A DNA stretch of 64,000 nt from Candidatus Aenigmatarchaeota archaeon (GTDB lineage Archaea; Aenigmatarchaeota; Aenigmatarchaeia; CG10238-14; SpSt-28): NCBI GenBank assembly GCA_038733315.1, contig JAVYPJ010000002.1, forward strand, positions 128,001 to 192,000, in the 5' to 3' direction. The notes beneath the pieces are model-generated. The model searched no databases. It was not told the origin of the DNA and saw only the letters and a list, made by a program, of their open reading frames with translations. This document shows, in pieces, positions 20,827-29,966 of this stretch (position 1 is its first letter; each line of letters starts with the position of its first letter). The position numbers were made by a program, and so were the translations under genes.

Positions 20827-21411
20827 TTATTCTATACAACAATCAATTATTTTCTTAATTATTTTTTTAATTCCCGAAATTTTTTCTTCTTTTCCACTTT
20901 CTTCCTTTACTTTCTCTTCCTTTTCCTTTTCTTTCTCAATAATATTTTTTATTTCTTCATCCATATCTATTTCTTTCTTAACTTCTTTAAGATTAAACAT
21001 TCCTAAGTTTAAAGCCCAAAATAACGTATATGTTGTATACGCTTTTCCAAAATATTCATAAGCTTTTTCTTTATTTTCAGAAGTTAAAAGTTTTGTTCCA
21101 ACTTCGTTTAATCTCATCGTAGCTGCTAATAAATGTTTTGAAATACACCAAGCTTCAGCTCCCTCTTCATAATTTTTTACAATTTCCTTCATTAGATTTT
21201 TTCTCAACTCTCTAACTTCTTTTAATATTTCATAATACTTAATATTTCCGGTTTTTGCCCCACTCATGAACAGATGTTCCTCAATTGATATTAAATTCAT
21301 TATAGCAAAAGATAAATCTTCATCCTTAGAAATATCTAGCTTTATTTTTTCATCCTTTAGCTTTTCCATTATTTTTTTGTACATTCTTTCTAAGTTTTTT
21401 CTTCCTTTCAT
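20827..21411 (-). CDS. Conserved-looking helical protein with C-terminal DCCIE
   Basis: MNLISIEEH, WCISKHLL motifs and terminal CC. Confidence 0.7.
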   Translation of the reverse strand: MKGRKNLERMYKKIMEKLKDEKIKLDISKDEDLSFAIMNLISIEEHLFMSGAKTGNIKYYEILKEVRELRKNLMKEIVKNYEEGAEAWCISKHLLAATMRLNEVGTKLLTSENKEKAYEYFGKAYTTYTLFWALNLGMFNLKEVKKEIDMDEEIKNIIEKEKEKEEKVKEESGKEEKISGIKKIIKKIIDCCIE

Positions 21412-21863
21412 ATTAATATGTTAAACTTCAGAGAAAAATATATTATTAGAGTTATTAAAATAATAAAGACCATCGGAATTATTATCTTTTGAAACTTGAA
21501 TAAAACCTTACCATTATTTTTCTTCAATAGATAATCGTTAAACATTTCAGAAGATATAATTACTAAAACTCCAAATAAATTTCCTATCATTATTTTATCA
21601 AAAAACCAAATGTAGGGATGATATTCTAATATATTAAAATAGTATAGCGGATAAAGATTAGCGATAAATAAGCTAAAGAATATAATCGGTTTTCTAAATA
21701 AAAATTTTATCCTTTTTTTGTCAAGCCATTTTATTAGTATTATAAAAAAAATCATTATTAAAGCACCTAACCATAAACCAAAAATCATATCATCTAAGCC
21801 AAAGTACTTCGAAAATATGCTTCCACCTAATATTAATGGTGGACAAATTGCTGGACAAACCAT
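21408..21863 (-). CDS. Four-TM membrane protein with N-terminal CPxxCP motif
   Basis: MVCPAICPP..GLDD..GLW, about four TM helices; ATGA overlap with downstream gene. Confidence 0.7.
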   Translation of the reverse strand: MVCPAICPPLILGGSIFSKYFGLDDMIFGLWLGALIMIFFIILIKWLDKKRIKFLFRKPIIFFSLFIANLYPLYYFNILEYHPYIWFFDKIMIGNLFGVLVIISSEMFNDYLLKKNNGKVLFKFQKIIIPMVFIILITLIIYFSLKFNILI

Positions 21864-21908
21864 AAATTAAAAGATTTGTTTAATAATACTTAATAAATGT
21901 TTTTACTT

Positions 21909-21979
21909 TGCGCCGGCCGGGATTCGAACCCGGGCTACCGGCTTGGCAAGCCGGTGTCCTACCACTAGACTACCGGCGC
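21909..21979 (-). tRNA. tRNA-Gly(GCC)
   Basis: Cloverleaf; CCGGC-TTGCCAA-GCCGG. Confidence 0.96.
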
Positions 21980-22016
21980 ATATAAAAATATTTATATTAG
22001 AAGAAATCTAAAGAAA

Positions 22017-25000
22017 TCAACTTTCAATTTCTGGCTTTGGAATTTCTTCTCTCAAACCCTTTCTCTTTCTTATTGATAGCACTGTTTTTTCAAAAAGTTC
22101 TTTTGGTAATTCTTCATATGTTACCTCTAATATGCTATAGAACGCCTTTCCACTAGTTGCACTCTTTAAAGTAGCATCTAAACCAAAAGACTCACTAACA
22201 GGTATTTTTGCAATTACTATTCCAGCTCCACTTTCTTCTTTTATTTCTAAGATTTGTGACCTCCTTCTTTGTAACTCGTTAACAACATCTCCAACCATTT
22301 CATAAGGTATATCAACTCTAATAATTTGCTTTGGTTCGTATAGTGTTGGATTAGAAAGTAACATAGCTTGTCTAATTCCCCATTTAAAAGCCGGAATAAT
22401 TTGTGCAGGGCCTCTGTGAACAGTATCTTCATGTAATTCAGCATCTATAATCTTTACCTTTAGTTTCATACATGGCTCCCTTGCTAAAGGTCCATCTTCC
22501 ATACTTTCTTCGAATGCTCTTATTACCATCTCTATAACTTCATTCATAAATTGAACACCCTTAGTTAAATCGATTAGAACATTTTTATTATGTATAGCTA
22601 CGATGTTTTTAGCATCTTCTCTATCCATACCTAAGCTAATAAGTTTTTCTATTAGTTTCGGATCTTTCTTTGTTTTTAGGTAAAGATGCTCTGGTAATTC
22701 TCCTTTAACAAATGCTTCGTAAACACTATCTTCTAAAGGTTCGACAATTATGTAGAATCGATTGTGTTTGTTAGGACTTTTAGCTTCTACTGGATTTAAA
22801 GTTTTAGAATTTACAGTTTCTTTATAAACAACAATAGGATTAGAGACTATTATATCAAACCCCATTTCTTTTAACTTCCTTTCAACCTTAGCCTCTATAT
22901 GTAATTCACCCAATCCACTAACCAAATATTCTCCTGTTTCAGTGTTTATTTTTACTTTTAAAACGCTATCTTCTTTTGCGATTTTTTGTAGTGCTTCAAC
23001 TAATTTAGTTAGATCTTGTGGATTTTTTGGTTCTATGGTTTTTGTAACTACAGGTTCAAAAATGTGTTTTATCTCTACAAAAGGTGTAATAATTTCGTCT
23101 GGTTCACAAATAGTTTCTCCAGTAAACGCTTCTGGAATTCCGATTATCGCTACAATATTTCCAGCTAAGACTTCATCTACTGATATTCTTTTAATTCCTT
23201 TATATATTGCTACTTGCTGAACTTTTGCAATTTTCTGATTAGAAACAAGATAAACATCTTTTCCTTTTTGTATCTTACCACTAAAAATTCTTGCAGTAGC
23301 TACAAAACCAACATGCGGATCTGGAACAGTTTTAGTAACAATAGCTGCTAATTTTCCGTTAGAATTAACTTCAAGCATATCTTTACCATAAGTACTATTC
23401 AAATCTCCAGACCAAATTTTTTCCAATCTGTATTTAATTGCTTCTTTAGGACTAGGTAGATGTTTGATTATCATATCTAAAACGACTTTATGCATAGGAG
23501 CTTTTTTTGCTAATTCATCTTGTTGATCGCTTAAAACCATGTCTATAATATCTTTAAAAGTTATTCCAGTCTCTTGCATATATGGCAAAGAAATTGCCCA
23601 TCTTTGTTTAGCGGAGCCAAAAGCTACACTACCATTTTGAACGCTAACATACCATTTATTTCTAAACTGCTCTTCTGCATATTTTTGAATAACTATATTT
23701 ACTTCTTTTATTAATTTTTCAAATCTTTCCATCATTTGCTGCGGAGTTAATTTAACCTCTTTTATTAATCTATCAACTTTATTTATAAATAACACTGGTT
23801 TAACTCTTTCTCTTAATGCTTGCCTAAAAACTGTTTCTGTCTGAGGCATTATACCTTCTACCGCACAAATTAATACAATAGTTCCATCTACAGCTCTCAT
23901 TGCTCTAGTAACGTCGCCACCAAAATCAACATGCCCAGGAGTATCTACTAAGTTTATTAGATAATCCTTACCTTTATAATTATGAATCATAGAAACGTTT
24001 GCACCATAAATTGTTAGTTGTCTTTCTCTTTCTTGCTCATCAAACCATGTATACATTATTTTACCCGCTAATTCCTCAGCAAGCATTCCAGCACCTGCCA
24101 TTAGGTTATCTGTTAGGGTTGTATTGTGAACAAAAATACCATTTGCAATGAAGTTATGCGTTTTTTCTACGCTAAAATCATACACATACTTTTCATTTTT
24201 AATTTTCTTAATTTCCGAAATTTCTAAAGCAATTATAGGATTTTCTGAAGTTTGAACAAAACAGCTAAAATTAAAAATTTTGCTAACTCTAGCATTTTCG
24301 TATAAACTCAATAAGTTTTTTTGCTTGTGTTCAACACCAAAACCTATACAAGCCAAAAACTTCTCTAAATCTCTTTTTCCAGAAACGCTTAAATAATACT
24401 CTTTAAAAACTTTTCCATTTAATTTAACTTCTTTTTCTCTTATATAGGAAAGGCAACCAAATCTTAACAATAATAGCTGAAGGCCTTCTAATGCTTTTTC
24501 GCTTGCAGAAGAGATACTAACTTTTTGATCTACAAAACCATCTGTATCAAAATATCCTTTAATAAAACTCGAAACAAAACTTTTTGGTAAATTGAATAAG
24601 ATTGTTGGAATTCTTAAATTTCTAGCTTTTGTTCTTAGTGGATAATCAAAGAGCTTATTTAATAAAATTTTTAGAGTCATTCCACCATTTATATACATGC
24701 GTGGACATCTATTTTTATATTTTCTTAAAGAGCATGTTATTCCTAATACTCTTTTAGAAATTTCTTTAATTTTGTTAAGCAAAAATTCGTTTTTATTGTC
24801 AAAAGTTATATTAACACTTCCATCTCCGAATAACAAACCTAAAAAGTAAAAAAACTCCTCAAACTCATTTTCATTTTTTGGTAACTTAACTTTTTTTGAA
24901 GTTTTAGATCCAAATCTTTTTATACCTCTTCTATAAGATAAATACTCTATGTTATCGTAAACATTAGCAAGATTTATTCCAAAAAGCTTTGCAATCTTTA

Positions 25001-25679
25001 CTAAATCAGCTAATCTATATCTATTTTTCCAAACGCCATGATAAAACGAATCTATAGAAATTTGAGAACTTATTTTTTCCCATACAGCTTTAATATCATA
25101 GTTAATTATTTTTTGATGCAAATCTTTTCCAAAATTCGGAGATAAATAAGCTAGGAAACCATAATCTTCTGATAGTCTTTCTAAGATTTTTTCTTTTATA
25201 GCATCCAAACTCATTGAATAATTTGGTATTATAGCTGGAAGGATTAATTTATCTCCAATTTTCAGATTCTTTGCTTCAATCTCAACAATTTTATTATCTT
25301 TCAAAACAAGGAATTTATGTTCTGGAGTAACTTTAACTTTTCTACCGTCTTTTGTTTTTATTTCTAATAGCATATCATCGTTTTTTATTTTCCAAACGTG
25401 TGTTAACCTACTTCTAGAAATAGAACCGTTGTTATAAGTTAAAGCATATATCTCATCTAAAACTTCATATACCTCTTCGCTCTCGTCTTTTTTCACCAAT
25501 TTTCCTCTATTCTTTAACAAATTAAATAGTTCCTTAGCTGCTATAGTTTCCTTTTCTAAAAATACTATAGCATCGCCACTAACGCATTTTCCATGATGAA
25601 CATGTGAAGATGTAGCAACATTTCTAATTCTTTCTGGATCTTTCATCACTTCTTTAATTCTTTCTATCATTTCTGCCAT
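22017..25679 (-). CDS. fusA: Elongation factor 2 precursor containing an intein (732 aa after splicing)
   Basis: HHGK|TT P-loop, DTPGHVDF, NKVD, diphthamide loop HEDTVHRGPAQIIP. Confidence 0.97.
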   Translation of the reverse strand: MAEMIERIKEVMKDPERIRNVATSSHVHHGKCVSGDAIVFLEKETIAAKELFNLLKNRGKLVKKDESEEVYEVLDEIYALTYNNGSISRSRLTHVWKIKNDDMLLEIKTKDGRKVKVTPEHKFLVLKDNKIVEIEAKNLKIGDKLILPAIIPNYSMSLDAIKEKILERLSEDYGFLAYLSPNFGKDLHQKIINYDIKAVWEKISSQISIDSFYHGVWKNRYRLADLVKIAKLFGINLANVYDNIEYLSYRRGIKRFGSKTSKKVKLPKNENEFEEFFYFLGLLFGDGSVNITFDNKNEFLLNKIKEISKRVLGITCSLRKYKNRCPRMYINGGMTLKILLNKLFDYPLRTKARNLRIPTILFNLPKSFVSSFIKGYFDTDGFVDQKVSISSASEKALEGLQLLLLRFGCLSYIREKEVKLNGKVFKEYYLSVSGKRDLEKFLACIGFGVEHKQKNLLSLYENARVSKIFNFSCFVQTSENPIIALEISEIKKIKNEKYVYDFSVEKTHNFIANGIFVHNTTLTDNLMAGAGMLAEELAGKIMYTWFDEQERERQLTIYGANVSMIHNYKGKDYLINLVDTPGHVDFGGDVTRAMRAVDGTIVLICAVEGIMPQTETVFRQALRERVKPVLFINKVDRLIKEVKLTPQQMMERFEKLIKEVNIVIQKYAEEQFRNKWYVSVQNGSVAFGSAKQRWAISLPYMQETGITFKDIIDMVLSDQQDELAKKAPMHKVVLDMIIKHLPSPKEAIKYRLEKIWSGDLNSTYGKDMLEVNSNGKLAAIVTKTVPDPHVGFVATARIFSGKIQKGKDVYLVSNQKIAKVQQVAIYKGIKRISVDEVLAGNIVAIIGIPEAFTGETICEPDEIITPFVEIKHIFEPVVTKTIEPKNPQDLTKLVEALQKIAKEDSVLKVKINTETGEYLVSGLGELHIEAKVERKLKEMGFDIIVSNPIVVYKETVNSKTLNPVEAKSPNKHNRFYIIVEPLEDSVYEAFVKGELPEHLYLKTKKDPKLIEKLISLGMDREDAKNIVAIHNKNVLIDLTKGVQFMNEVIEMVIRAFEESMEDGPLAREPCMKLKVKIIDAELHEDTVHRGPAQIIPAFKWGIRQAMLLSNPTLYEPKQIIRVDIPYEMVGDVVNELQRRRSQILEIKEESGAGIVIAKIPVSESFGLDATLKSATSGKAFYSILEVTYEELPKELFEKTVLSIRKRKGLREEIPKPEIES
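24123..25586 (-). mobile_element. Intein with LAGLIDADG homing endonuclease (488 aa) in the EF-2 G1 motif
   Basis: Starts CVSGD; block B TPEH; LGLLFGDG and IKGYFDTDG; ends HNFIANGIFVHN followed by Thr. Confidence 0.95.
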
Positions 25680-25709
25680 ACTAATTATTTAGCGAAGAGA
25701 ATAAATTTT

Positions 25710-25901
25710 TTAATAACTTCTCTTTCTCTTCTTATTTCCTACTTTTGTTTGCCAGCTATATTTTCTCCATTTAGCATCTGGATATCCGCAAAAAGAGCAT
25801 CTCTTTTTTCTTATATGATAAGAATTGTGTCCGCACCTTCTACATCTTCTATGTATATCCTTTCTTGACTTTAATCCCAAGCTAGGAGTTCCCTTGGTCA
25901 T
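25710..25901 (-). CDS. rpl37e: 50S ribosomal protein L37e
   Basis: MTKGTPS, CRRCG..SYH...CSFCGYP. Confidence 0.96.
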   Translation of the reverse strand: MTKGTPSLGLKSRKDIHRRCRRCGHNSYHIRKKRCSFCGYPDAKWRKYSWQTKVGNKKRKRSY

Positions 25902-25902
25902 A

Positions 25903-26124
25903 TTAAGCGGTTATTATATAAGTTATAGAATCTCCTCTAACTAATACTTCTTCCACTTTTCTTTTTTCATTTTGAGATGTTATTTCTACATCAAACATCC
26001 ATAGATTTAAGTGTAAATCGGCTGCTTTTAAAGTTCCTATTATTTCCTCACCGCTCTTAAGCTTTACTACTATTTTCTTCTCTTTTGCTTTTTCTAGCGC
26101 ATCTAGAGGTCTGTTGTTCACCAT
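25903..26124 (-). CDS. Sm-like (LSm/SmAP1) RNA-binding protein
   Basis: RPLDAL, D.HLNL, VLVRGD; conserved adjacency to rpl37e. Confidence 0.92.
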   Translation of the reverse strand: MVNNRPLDALEKAKEKKIVVKLKSGEEIIGTLKAADLHLNLWMFDVEITSQNEKRKVEEVLVRGDSITYIITA

Positions 26125-26183
26125 ATTTCAATAAAAAATTAAAATATTTAAAGAATATTTAAAGAATTTATCGTTCAAATTAT

Positions 26184-27386
26184 ATGGAGGAAGAAAACAA
26201 AATTAAATTAAAAAGATTAATTAAGGAGCTGGAAAATTATAAAGGCAGAAAAACAGAGTTAATAAGCTATTATTTACCTCCAAACTATGATATAAATTCT
26301 GCAATAGCACAGATTTCTGCAGAAATAGCTACTGCAAGAAATATAAAGAGCGATACAACTAGAAATAACGTAATGAATGCATTAGAAAGAGTAGCTAGTG
26401 CACTAAGAAATTTTAAGAAAATTGGAGACAAAGGTTTAGTAGTTTTTAGCGGAAATATAGGAAAAGGAAAAGATGATTTTAGAGTTTGGATAATAGAGCC
26501 GCCAGAACCTTTAAATCTTAAAATTTATAGATGCGATAATCAATTCTTATTAGAGCCTTTAAAAGAATTGCTTAAAGAAAAGGAAGTTTTTGGATTATTA
26601 GTTTTAGATGCAAAAGAAGCTACCATAGGAATATTAAGGGGTAAAAATATTGAAGTTGTTTATAATGACGAATCAAACGTACCTTCTAAAACGGTTAAAG
26701 GCGGATGGAGTCAGCAAAGATATAAAAGAATTAGGGAACAAGCGTTAGAAGAATGGCTTAAAAAAATTGGGGAAAAAGCATCTCAAATATTTTTGCAGAA
26801 TGAAGTTAAGGGAATTTTAATTGGTGGTCCGGGACCTATAAAAGAAGATTTTTCTAAAAACGATTACTTAGATTATAGATTGAGAGATAAAATAATAGCT
26901 ATAAAAGATGTTGGCTATACAGATGAATATGGTTTACAAGAATTAGTAAATAGAAGCGAAGAAGAATTAAGTCAAACTGAAATAATAAGAGAAAAGAATG
27001 TTTTGAATAAATTTTTTGAAGCTGTTAGTAAAATGCAGAGCAATGTTGTTTATGGAGTAAAAGATGTTCTTAGATATTTGGAAAATGGAGCGTTAGAAGA
27101 GTTAATAATTTCAGAAGATTTTAACTTTGGTAAAATAGAGCTTATTTGTAAATACTGTGGAAATAAAAAAACCATAGAAGCTTTCTTAGATAACTTTGAT
27201 AAAAAATGTGAAAATTGTTCTAATGAAATGGAAATCGAAAATTTTGAGAATTATTTTGACATGATTTTAGAAATTGCGAAAAAATTCAATACAAAAGTTT
27301 ATATAGTTTCCTCTAGAACTTCAGAAGGACAGCAATTTCTGTCTTTTGGTGGGATTGCTGGTTTTAGTAGATTTAGGTTGGAGTAG
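26184..27386 (+). CDS. prf1: Peptide chain release factor aRF1 (GGQ replaced by GGWSQ)
   Basis: TELIS, NIKS, YRCDNQF, GGPG, GLQELV, EGQQFLSFGGIAG. Confidence 0.93.
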   Translation: MEEENKIKLKRLIKELENYKGRKTELISYYLPPNYDINSAIAQISAEIATARNIKSDTTRNNVMNALERVASALRNFKKIGDKGLVVFSGNIGKGKDDFRVWIIEPPEPLNLKIYRCDNQFLLEPLKELLKEKEVFGLLVLDAKEATIGILRGKNIEVVYNDESNVPSKTVKGGWSQQRYKRIREQALEEWLKKIGEKASQIFLQNEVKGILIGGPGPIKEDFSKNDYLDYRLRDKIIAIKDVGYTDEYGLQELVNRSEEELSQTEIIREKNVLNKFFEAVSKMQSNVVYGVKDVLRYLENGALEELIISEDFNFGKIELICKYCGNKKTIEAFLDNFDKKCENCSNEMEIENFENYFDMILEIAKKFNTKVYIVSSRTSEGQQFLSFGGIAGFSRFRLE

Positions 27387-27457
27387 GAATTCTAAATCGA
27401 AATGAACACCAAAAAGCATAGAAAACTATATATAGGTGTTATGATTTTTAAATAATT

Positions 27458-28648
27458 ATGTTAATAGTTTCGTTAGGAAAAACTAATGAATTTAAAATAA
27501 AGAAAAATACCATATTAGCAATTTTGTTTCTGATTGTATCAATTGTCTTATTCGTTGAAAAATCGAATGCATACCCATGTCAAAATTCACGAATAGATAT
27601 AATTGGAGAAATAAAATCTTATAGTGTGGGTGGAACGGTTTTTAGATATGTAAAACCAGGTAGTATAATAAACATAACACCAGGATGGTGTTATGTTATA
27701 ACGTGTCACTGCGGGAATACCGGCGTATGTCAACAACGTGTTTATAACTATATTTTGGTTAGTAATTGCCCTTTTAGAGGCTCTTTGGTTAAGATAGGAA
27801 ATTCAAGTATATCTACCTCTCTTACTAGAGAAGCATTCAAAAAAGCCATTTCAAATAATATCTCAGTTGATTTAAATAATCTTCCAATAGTATTTGAAAT
27901 ACCAGAATCTACAACGGGATATGATAATCAGAGATATTATTGGGATGATATATATAAAGATCCTAAAGGTCGTTGTTTTAAGAGAGGTAATCCATCAGAC
28001 AAAATAACAGATTTTAGTTGTAAAAATATAAATAGATTAACTAACAATGGAGAGAGTAGTTTAGAAATAGAGTGCGGATATTATGATGTCGTTGAAAGGT
28101 TTATGTACGACTCAATAGAAAAATTCTTCAAAGAAAAGTTAGGTAACTATAATAAATGTCAAAAAAAAGAGGAAGAGATACTATCTGATACTACTAAAAA
28201 AGAAATTTATATTTGCATAAATTATACGCTTATTAATAGTGAGAATACAACTGCTAAAGCAAAATACGAATACTCAATTGAGGAAAGTAAAATAATAAGA
28301 ATTATAAACATATCTTCGGGCGAAACTATAAGCGAGTCTAAGGAAAGCAACACAAAGGATATGGAAATTTCAATAAATTTTGAAGGGATATTCGGAGAAA
28401 TTGCTAATAAGTATTTTACTTCTACATCAGAAACAGTTTCATGTTTTATTAGAGATAGAGAGGAATGCCAAACACCGCAAATGTATGAAAAAAGTTATAC
28501 TGTACCTAAGATTGCTGAAAAAGGAAAATTAACACTCTTCATTTTTGGGAGTTATCCATCTGTTTTGATAGTCGAAAGAGAACAAAATATAATAGATAAA
28601 ATAGATAAAGCAGTAAGTTATTTAAAATCTCTACTTAAAATAGTATGA
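27458..28648 (+). CDS. Secreted Cys-rich protein
   Basis: Signal peptide, many Cys, C-terminal amphipathic helix. Confidence 0.7.
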   Translation: MLIVSLGKTNEFKIKKNTILAILFLIVSIVLFVEKSNAYPCQNSRIDIIGEIKSYSVGGTVFRYVKPGSIINITPGWCYVITCHCGNTGVCQQRVYNYILVSNCPFRGSLVKIGNSSISTSLTREAFKKAISNNISVDLNNLPIVFEIPESTTGYDNQRYYWDDIYKDPKGRCFKRGNPSDKITDFSCKNINRLTNNGESSLEIECGYYDVVERFMYDSIEKFFKEKLGNYNKCQKKEEEILSDTTKKEIYICINYTLINSENTTAKAKYEYSIEESKIIRIINISSGETISESKESNTKDMEISINFEGIFGEIANKYFTSTSETVSCFIRDREECQTPQMYEKSYTVPKIAEKGKLTLFIFGSYPSVLIVEREQNIIDKIDKAVSYLKSLLKIV

Positions 28649-29964
28649 ATAAAAAAAATATAATATTTTTATTTCTAATAATAATATTTTTGTCTTTAGT
28701 ATTTAATATTTCTAACTCTAGTAGCTTCGATTTATTGCCGTTTGCTCTTAATAACTTTCACTCTGGAGAATTACTAATAGAAACAGATAAAGAAGAATAT
28801 TCTTCTGGAGACAGTATTAAAATAAGTATAAAGCTGAGAAACAATGAGGGAGTAGTTATACCAGATACTTATCTGGTAATAGAAATTATAAAGGGTTGTG
28901 AAAAATTCTATGACGTCGAAGAAAGAGACTGCAATATAATATACGAAAAAATAGTAAAAGTTGGATATATTCTTCCTTTAGAAAGTAGGGAAATTACTCA
29001 AGAAATAAAAATTCCAGAAGATTGGACCAGCGATATCTATAGAATAGATGTATATTGGACTAGCCAGTTAGCTCCAATATACGGAGCTCCCAGTTCATTT
29101 TTTAATCCGGCTTTTAAAGTAATTAGAATATTTGGCAAAACTGACCAACAACTATCTATAAGTATATTATCAACAAAAACAAGAACAGCAGGTGGGCTTT
29201 CTCAAAGAGGGCCGGGAGTATTTGAAAATTCTAAATTTATCACGATAGATTTATATGTTTTCGCTACTGATACGTTTAGTGGAAAAGTTATATACAAGAC
29301 TTGTGAGTTTGATGATACTCTCTGTGAAGCAGGGTTTAAAGAATATGTAACAATAAAAGAATTTCCAATAAGTTGTAAAAAAGGTGAAAATTACTTTGAA
29401 CACAAAATAGAAGTTGCCAAAAAAAATACAGCATACAGTGTTAGAATGGAGATATACGATAGTTCTGGAAAACTTTATTCTATTTATAGAGGTAGATATG
29501 TAAAACTTGGCGAGGGAGCAAAGATAATAAAAATAGGTTTAAAGGACATTTCTATTAGAGAAAACGAAGAATATTTTGTCAGAATGTCCTTAACAGGGCC
29601 ATTAGAGCCAAATAGAATATATACAAGTATAAATAATGTTACAATAAAGTTTATGATATTGGATGATAACGATAAAGAAATTTATACCCATATAGATATA
29701 ATACCCAAGTTAGAGTTAAACCAACTAAGAGCTTACGAAGTAAAGTTTTTGCCAAACTTTTCATTAGAAAACTTTAGAATCTGCGTAGAATTAAGTAAGG
29801 ATGACAATATTTTAGACAAGTACTGCTCATCTAAATTATTATATGAAACTGCTAGAAAAGAAATCCCAGAGAAAACTGATTTTTGGAACATATTAGCTAT
29901 TATTATAATGATAGCCGCAATTGTAACTATTTTTATTATTATAAAGATAAAAAAGGGAAAGTAA
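28645..29964 (+). CDS. Secreted Ig-like protein with C-terminal TM anchor
   Basis: Signal peptide; TDKEEYSSGDSIKISI Ig-like start; C-terminal TM followed by Lys tail. Confidence 0.75.
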   Translation: MNKKNIIFLFLIIIFLSLVFNISNSSSFDLLPFALNNFHSGELLIETDKEEYSSGDSIKISIKLRNNEGVVIPDTYLVIEIIKGCEKFYDVEERDCNIIYEKIVKVGYILPLESREITQEIKIPEDWTSDIYRIDVYWTSQLAPIYGAPSSFFNPAFKVIRIFGKTDQQLSISILSTKTRTAGGLSQRGPGVFENSKFITIDLYVFATDTFSGKVIYKTCEFDDTLCEAGFKEYVTIKEFPISCKKGENYFEHKIEVAKKNTAYSVRMEIYDSSGKLYSIYRGRYVKLGEGAKIIKIGLKDISIRENEEYFVRMSLTGPLEPNRIYTSINNVTIKFMILDDNDKEIYTHIDIIPKLELNQLRAYEVKFLPNFSLENFRICVELSKDDNILDKYCSSKLLYETARKEIPEKTDFWNILAIIIMIAAIVTIFIIIKIKKGK

Positions 29965-29966
29965 AT

